A stretch of 60,685 nt of DNA, counting the filler, from Dugesia japonica (Eukaryota): NCBI GenBank assembly GCA_001938525.1. It is 5 parts of 5 records of this genome, joined end to end, with 100 filler letters (N's around TTAATTAATTAA, not from the genome) between each part and the next. Parts side by side here need not be neighbours in the genome. Positions count along the whole stretch, not along the records: positions 49,404 to 60,685 come from MQRL01609362.1; 4 more parts are not named here. One strand, given 5' to 3'. The notes under the pieces are model-generated. The model saw only the letters and a program-made list of their open reading frames with translations, was not told where the DNA came from and did not search any database. Position 1 is the first letter of the stretch. The number at the start of each line of letters is the position of its first letter. The translations under genes and the position numbers were made by a program. Shown in pieces: positions 53,001 to 60,685 of this stretch.

Positions 53001-55436
53001 TATTCTATCTTTGATTCCAAAACTTGGTCATGTTGTTCTTTGAGTTTCAGATTTTTAATTAGCAGCACAATATAACTCATATAAAATTTATACAGCGATT
53101 TTAAAATTTCTTTGGTTCTTTGAAAATCCAAATACGGCTATACCGATTCGTTGAATTTACAAATTCGCTCTCGGTCTAATAAGGTGATGACCACTTTTTT
53201 TACTACGTCTTACTCCATAATCATATATGTGAGTTTCTACATCGTCTAAATGGATTATCATTGTCTCCGAACAGATAATGTATTTGCGAAGTGATCCTCC
53301 CCAACCAAATCTTTTCACTNCTTTAATTAATGCTTTTATTGTGGTGCTTTCCAATGTTAATTTCCGCGGAAAATTCCATCCGGATAATCGTATGATAGAA
53401 TATTAGTCTGAAACTCTCGTGACATAAGCTGCCGTATCTTTAACGGGTTTAGGTGGTATCACTGCAAATATCTCGAAATTATCTACTTTCGCACTTTCTA
53501 ACAATTCAATTTCGTATTCTTGTATTTGGGGCTCCATTGTCGTTTTGTTTCAGCATCTACATGACCAGGTTCAAGTAATTCTCGGAAATGATTCATGATC
53601 TTCTAATATTGTCGTCTATTCAATTTGTCTTTCAATCCCTGTGGTAAAGCCATTACTTTCTAGATAGTATTTGTGGTGGTCGTTCCATATTTATTGGTGC
53701 TCTTTGTTCCTTGCTTGCTCTTTTTACCTTCAGTAAGGCTTCTATTGTCTTGATTTCCTCTTTGATTGTATTATCTGCTTCCTCTTCAGTTTCAGATATA
53801 TCTTTAGTTGTCATCATATTTACTTGTGCGATTAATCTTGGTTTGCTTTGGGGGAACTTTTATCTCTGATCTTGTCTACATTTGTTTGATTTCTCTTTCA
53901 ACGTTTCTATTGTTAGTTATAGCTGATCTGTATGGTGCCAATTTAGCCGGTTCTAAATTAAATTTGGTTACAAATTGTCCATATCGTGTAGCAGTTGTCA
54001 TTGATTTTCGCACTTTGTATATCTGTAGAATTTTTGCTCTAAGGACTTCAAGATTTTCTTCATAGTTCGAATTTGTAAAAATGCTACACCAGTTTCTTTG
54101 TTTTATAAATTTTTGTTAAATCTAAGACTTGTATTATATCCTTACGTCCAGGTCGAATTCCATAATTCGTTATATGCGCATCAGTATCATCTAGTTCGAT
54201 TATTCTCGTCTTGAAACACATTACAGAATCATACAATGGTCTTTTGAGTACGTTTTTATTCTTTATAATGCACAATAGTCCTCCCACCGGATCGCTTTGC
54301 AAGGTGACCTGACAAGGTGCCATTTCTTCAGCCGGTTCTTTGAATTCTTTATATACTTTATTGATAATGATTTTGAAGTTTGCCCGTACTGTCTTGTCTC
54401 GCATTTCACTTTCATACTCCCAGATCATTGTTTGCCATTACTCTTTAGTTCTTGGACTTAGATGACTACATTCTATTAGCTCCATTACATGATTCGTCGA
54501 TTTCCAATAAGGTTTTCTGCCAATCGTTCCTTTAAATTCTTGTATCAAATCGAGCATACTCTCTACTCGTCTTTTTATTGAAGCTTGTTTGCTCTCGTCT
54601 ACTTTTACTTCTTCGTCATTGATCGCTCGCATCATATGCACTTGTCCTTGATCATTATTATTATTTGATGCTCTCTCGTTTAATCTCATTTGCGCTACTC
54701 GTTGTTCCTCGACTTGTAACTGTAAGTATTCTTGTTCTTGTGTGAGTTTATCATATACTCGCTGGTGTGTTGCTTCGTGTTGCTGTACTTTCCGCTACAT
54801 CATATTGACTCTTTGTTTCTGATTACTCTAAAATTTTTGTCTTAGATTTTACAATCAAGACAAGAAAATGCATAAACGAAAACTATATTGCTGTTAACAA
54901 ACTAATCACACAATAGTTTCTTGTACCTCAATAATTTCATCAAATAGCACCAGAATTTGATGAAGCGCAGTCACTATTTTAGCAGTTAATCGCTCCGTCA
55001 TCTTAGTATATTCTTCTGCTTTGATCTGTTTGGAACGTGATTTCTTTATTAGATGTTGTTGATGTTGGTTTAACTCTGTTGATCGAATGAGCAGTAACAC
55101 CAGCTCCTTTTCTCGCTGTTCTTGCTGGGTCATCACGTCCGCGAGTTGACTCTCATATGTCCGTTCTTGTTGTTCTACTCTCTGTAGATAGTCGAGTATC
55201 CCTAGCTTTTGTCGCAGGATCTCCTCTTGCTTATTCAACTGATTCCTCATAGTTAGAAGGTCAAGATCCTTTTGACGAATGCGATCCTGTGTGATCCACC
55301 ATGGATCTATATCAGTTCCATATTCACCAAAGGAATCTCACAGATCCGACATAGTGTTTGCCACGTTTGTCTGGAAGAAGCATTCTTTTGATTTTAATGA
55401 TTTGTTGGTCACTGCTCTGGTAATCGATTTAGACAT
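50090..55436 (-). pseudogene. Decayed ~5.3 kb ORF: coiled-coil N-terminus, about five divergent ubiquitin-like domains, charged C-terminus
   Basis: Neighbouring track ORFs are in frame across single stops (e.g. 54689-54438 into 54428-54084; ATG 55436 into 55250) or joined by frameshifts. Ub-like motifs include IQIDFKTMAGQ, ETIGDIKEKI, TTTVGELKDFL..RHRIIFD, LDDTDAHITNYGI and LDDVETHIYDYGV. Confidence 0.6.
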
Positions 55437-56239
55437 TCTAGATACCAAAATTAACAATTTGCATTACACAAATTTAATAATTCATAATACAACTAATAAT
55501 ATTTAATAATATCTGTTAGTTGGGTTTTAAAAAATTATCGAATCATTAACATCAGAATTCAAATTCATTAAAACGACTAATTACTATAAACAAATTTTAA
55601 CCAACAATATTTGTTAATCAAACAAATTAAAACCCTGTGTTTTATTGGTGATCTTTTTTCTAAAATTAAAAATAAATATTCCAATTTATAAGACTGTTTC
55701 ACAAATCTATCATCGGAATTTTGTGTAAAATAAAAAGTGGATTTTAGCTTTAATTATTTTCTGACCATCCAAATGTTATTATTTGTCGACGTCTCATAGG
55801 ATTAAAAGTTGATTCTGTTAAATAATTAGCCATAACAAATAGAAATTGTTAACGTGTATTGTCTATTGATTTCAATTACGATTTATAATTTCAATTAAAA
55901 AGAAATAAATTGAAATTAGCTGTGGATATTTAAGACTGTATCTCACTAATTTGATGCCAATTTTGAACACATGTTATCAGGGCTCCAGCTTCATCCCTCT
56001 TTACTTTGTGTAATCATTTATTGTAAAAAAGATTTTTTTTTTATCTTTTTGATAAATTTTTACCACATTACAAAAAACCGTATCAATTGTCAAACATTTA
56101 AGTCTAACTTTAAAATTTGTTATTATACGGCAGAAACTAGACAAAAAAGTTTGGTAACCTTAAATCTTGAGTCATTATCCCCATAAGGGATAACTTATCA
56201 ATAAAAGTACGTTAACCTATTAATTGTGATTTACTTCTG

Positions 56240-56357
56240 TAGACGTATTTATGTATATAACATAGTAGCTTCGGGCTAATCTCAAATAATAACAATATAT
56301 ATTGTCATTATTTGAGATTAGCCCGAAGCTACTATGTTATATACATAAATACATCTA
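56240..56357. repeat. Near-perfect ~118-bp palindrome downstream of RanGAP1
   Basis: gtatttatgtatataacatagtagcttcgggctaatctcaaataat ... attatttgagattagcccgaagctactatgttatatacataaatac. Confidence 0.9.
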
Positions 56358-56440
56358 TAATACAGAAAAATAAAAGCATTTTCGCGCCCACAGATTTAAA
56401 AACAGTAATAACATAAATATAACAGTTTATTTCAAAAACA

Positions 56441-58638
56441 TCAAATTTTTAAATCACTGACATAAGATTCTAGTTTTTTCAATAATTCATCTGTGGCATT
56501 ATTAGACTTTTTCATTAAATTTTTTAAGACAACACTCAAATTCGACTTCACCTCTTGAGATATTTCCGACTTCATATCTAATATTTTCTCTAAAACCTAA
56601 AATTTTGAATAAATAAATAATATTAATTAATCGAAATACTTTTATGGGTAATGTTTCATTTTCTTTACAAACCGGGACAAAATGCTTTTCTTCACTTTTG
56701 ATACAACCCATCTCTACAAGAATTGCATTGGTAGCTTTAGACCAAGACGCACTTGATGACAGAACATTATTTATCAATGAAACACCAAAATCGAAAGTTG
56801 ATGTATTTTTGCATAATATTAGTCCAATACGAATTGCGTTCTCAGGTTTATTTTCAGCAAGTGTATATATACTAGAGTCAAATGAATTATTTACTAATTT
56901 CTTATTATTAATCAGAAAAGATTCATTTATATCCATTAAAGAACTCAACTCCAAATTAGTCATAACATATTGTTTTAATTGAATATAATTTTCATCGCAA
57001 ATATCATTTACAGCTTCAATAAATGAAAATGGTTGCGAAAGTTTTGAACCGAATTTAAAATTCAAATCTGTATCTTTAGAAATAAAAATATTTGGTTGGT
57101 TTGTTTTAGCAAATAAATTTGATTTAATTTCACCGACTGAAGATGAAAATAAGTTGCCATGATCAGAATTAGGTAAATTTCTGCTAAACTCAAATGGTTT
57201 GTTTGAACAAGTAGAAGAAAATATATTTTTTTCCTTTGTTTCTACAATTCCGACCNNNNNNNNNNNNNNNNNNNNNNNNNNNNNNNNNNNNNNNNNNNNN
57301 NNNNNNNNNNNNNNNNNNNNNNNNNNNNNNNNNNNNNTGATAGTCAAATATTAAATAACAAAAGAAATCTTACCACTTTCACTGCATTCATCAGAATATT
57401 GTGATTCAGAAGAACTATTTCCTTCACTATCTGTGTCTGTATTGTTATCACTATAGTCTTCATCACTGCCCAGTTCATTTTCCACCAAAGCATGTTCTTT
57501 ATCGTATTCGGCCATAATGTCCTTAATTTCACACCAAGCAGATTTCTTAATTTCATTTTCTGTTAAATCAATTTTTTCCACAGAATGTTTAATTTTAACT
57601 ATAGTGGAAACAAACTAAAGAAAAGTAAAAACAAAGAAATAATTAAAAATATATACATTTCTGGCAGTTCGTCCATTTATTTCATTTCCAGAAATAGATA
57701 ATACTTTTAAATTATCACTCATATCATCAAGAATTTTAGTAAGACAATCCATTCCACTGTTACTTATTAAACAGTCTCCCATATGCAGTTCTTCCAAATT
57801 ATCAAATAATGGAAGAACTTTACTAAGTCGTTTCATTCCATCTGGTTTAATAGTATTATCTGATATGTTTATTACTTTTAGATCTTTATGGTTTTTAATC
57901 GACAATATGAAGTCATCTACTCCTTCAACTCCATGAACACCTATTCCATTCTGTAACAAAACTATTTTTTTCAAGCTTTTCATGCCGTCACCAAATAATT
58001 CCGTTAGCATTTTCATTCCAGCATTTTCTAAACGATTTCTTCCAGCAATAAAAACTTCCAAATTCATTCCTTGTTTATTACTGTCTAACCTAGATTTATT
58101 TAGTGCATCAATTAATTGCCTACAACCCTGGTGACCTAATCCTTGATTATTCATGTTTAAGATCTAAATAATGATTTAGGTAAGGCACATTCTTAGTTAA
58201 TATTTACTTTAAGAGTATAACAACACGGATTAGCAAGCAATTCTGTAACACCAGCAACTCCATTAGGACCAAAAGCATTATCACTTAAATCGACTTCAAC
58301 TAAATGTACTTTTGCTTGAATTAAGCCTAGTGATAAAGATTTCAATGCAACGCTTATTTCAGTTTTAAGTCTTCCTAAAGATACGATTTCATAATTATAA
58401 AAAATTACAAATTGTATTTGCCTGTGAATAAATCATTCCATAGTAACCGTTCAATTTTAGAATGTTTCGATATGGGCTGCGTCAATTTATCGGCTGCATC
58501 AACGCCTAATGTGTTACCGCTTAATTGAAGAGTTGTAATAGAATCTAAATTTGAATCTAAATCGTTTATAACATGTTCAATATCCTCTTCAGTATTCCAT
58601 TGTTTCTGACAACCAGCATAAGATAAAATTGATTCCAT
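56441..58638 (-). CDS. RANGAP1: Ran GTPase-activating protein 1. Exons 58638-58422, 58374-58208, 58163-57657, 57614-57374, (gap)57255-56640, 56596-56441
   Basis: LRR motifs [43 protein letters not shown] and QNGI; an acidic tract; C-terminal domain with MGCIKSEEK (SUMO site psi-K-x-E). All resolved introns are 42-47 nt and in phase. Confidence 0.96.
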
Positions 58639-60685
58639 ATTAAAATAATTAAGTATTTTAAAATACAAAAATATTTTAAGAAATTCGGTGTATACAAACA
58701 AATTTTCATCTGACAAACGTTCTTTTAAATTCTAATAGATAAACTTTTTCTTAATTTGAGTGTTTGAATGTTTTAATTAGAATTAATAAAAACCGGCTTT
58801 CTGGAAACTGTTGAATCTGGTTTTTGAAATCTTAGGAACAAAATATTTTGGTTTTTTTTCAATTCTTATTTTAAAAAATCACAGCCTGAAATTTTATTCT
58901 TTTATTTTTAGTTCATTTTATAAAGATGTTTTTATTTTCTAAACTTTTAAATATTATAACTTTATTTCTTCTAATAAATTTTTTATTATACTAAAAGGAA
59001 TGAATATTTTGTTGTATATTTAAATAAATATATGGATAAATATATGGGAGCACATTATTATATTACTCTTGTTAAATTAAGTTTGGTTATATTTTCTTTT
59101 CTAAAACACTTTTCTAACTCAATTCCTATATTTTCTGAATATACGCTCAATTTATATTTAATCTTGAATTAATTAATTTACTTTTTAAAAAAAAATCTGT
59201 AGAACCCAAAAGTCTGCCAAAGTGCGTGGGAACAATTGGGCTTTATGTTTTCTATTCTGAAATTTAGTCAATTGAAAATTTTGCAATGTCATTTTTCTAG
59301 TAATTTAATTCCTTAACGGTTGCTAGGTTTATTCGATTTGGTTTTATAAATTCTATAGATTATTTCTGAAATTATAGTGATTAATTCAAAATTAATGCGA
59401 TTAAACTTTTTGAAGATATGACAGAGTAAAGTTGTCTTAGTAACTCAAAAAATTAACTAAATTTAAATTGACTGTTATATTTTTTTTTACTCATGGCTTA
59501 ATTAATAATTATATTGAAAGCATTTGAGTACAATTTTCATTAACTTTCACGAAGCAAATTGATAAGAAAGCCAGGAAATGAAAAGAAGATAAAGACCCAA
59601 GATTAAAAAACAAGCAGCATGAAGTGGTTTAAGTAGTTAAAGTATAAAGATAAACGATAATCAATAAGTAGAAGAGAAGGAGAAAAATAGGAACTTGTGT
59701 AATAAAGACAGAAGAAATGTAACAATGGAAAAGAGATTACGGGATAAGAGTAGAGATAAACTGAAAATAGCGAATTCGTTAAATTAATAATTATATATAA
59801 AAGAATTAAATTATTGATGAAATAAAACTCTCAGATAAAATTAATTTTTAGCTTGGAAAAAAAATGATAATTCAATTAAGAAATTACTTTAAAAGAAAAA
59901 AATAAACAATTAATTTATGAAAAATTAAATACAATCCAAATTAATATGATTAAATAAAATTAAAGTAGAAATTATGATACTCGAAAGGGAAAACAGAAGA
60001 AAATAAAGTCTTTCCATTAAGCAAAATTGGCAAACAAGAAAATTATGGTTGAATAAAATCTATAGATTTCAGAAATCCAATCTAGAAAGTTATAGTTTCA
60101 TCAGAAAAGTTACATGGGTTATATTGGATTCAATCAATTGGATTCAATCAGTTTTGAATTTTCGAAAATTAAGTCAATTAGAAGAATTGGCACCACATGT
60201 TAAGAGTATAATTAATAGTATAATCACGATTAAACACTGCAAAACTAAATACAATTAATAAACCGATTCTAAAATTATGTTGGAGTTCCATCTGAGTTGG
60301 AAAAAAGGTGACTGGGGAAAAAACAGTCCTCAGGGGAACCCTTTCAAGAATNNNNNNNNNNNNNNNNNNNNNNNNNNNNNNNNNNNNNNNNNNNNNNNNN
60401 NNGTGCTCACCAATAAACCTTTTGTTCGGGTTCTATATTTTCCCAATAATATTTAAACTATTTCTATTAATTAAACATTTAATATTACGAAAAGAATTAA
60501 ATCATTTCTATAAATTAGACATTTATTATTAAGCAACAACTACATCAGGTTCACGGCCGCAGGGTCTAACCGCTGATCTGGAGATGTGACGACGAGGTTG
60601 AAAGCAGCAAGGTCGTCGTCATCATCCCATTGGGTGGTGTTCGGATTTCCTAATTGCCTCGACAGGTCAGCTATATACTGTTTAA

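Noticed and set aside
56644-56982. Plus-strand ORF overlapping RanGAP1 (also 52836-53075, 53808-54065, 51487-51711)
   Set aside because: Antisense shadows of minus-strand coding frames.
59500-60260. Purine-rich coding-like stretch upstream of RanGAP1
   Set aside because: Multiple stops and no identifiable motif; left unassigned.

Overview
AT-rich, gap-containing scaffold from an animal with very short introns (42-53 nt). A compact parasite genome such as an orthonectid is my inference, not shown. Three spliced host genes can be rebuilt by hand, all on the minus strand. (1) A divergent P2X purinoceptor (ATG 9617, running off the left edge). (2) An ARM-repeat + TIR-domain gene ending at 9762, directly upstream of P2X across a gap, with its TIR split by multi-kb transposon-filled introns. 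(3) RanGAP1 (58638-56441) with a GC-AG intron and an intact SUMO site. Most of the rest is decayed mobile DNA: several Ty3/Gypsy LTR retrotransposons, hAT elements and a MITE, a Merlin/ISXO2 transposase, foldback elements, and many Polinton/Maverick (adintovirus-like) fragments (pPolB, integrase-chromodomain, minor and major capsid, PLA2-like) from at least two lineages. The most unusual segment is about 50.1-55.4 kb. There the small ORFs join into one decayed ~5.3 kb reading frame with a coiled-coil N-terminus and about five tandem divergent ubiquitin-like domains, next to a cluster of RFX X-box and TGACCT motifs and near a Polinton-like terminus. TTAATTAATTAA spacers in the gaps are assembly linkers, so adjacency across them is uncertain. 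All protein assignments come from motif recognition; no database searches were run.
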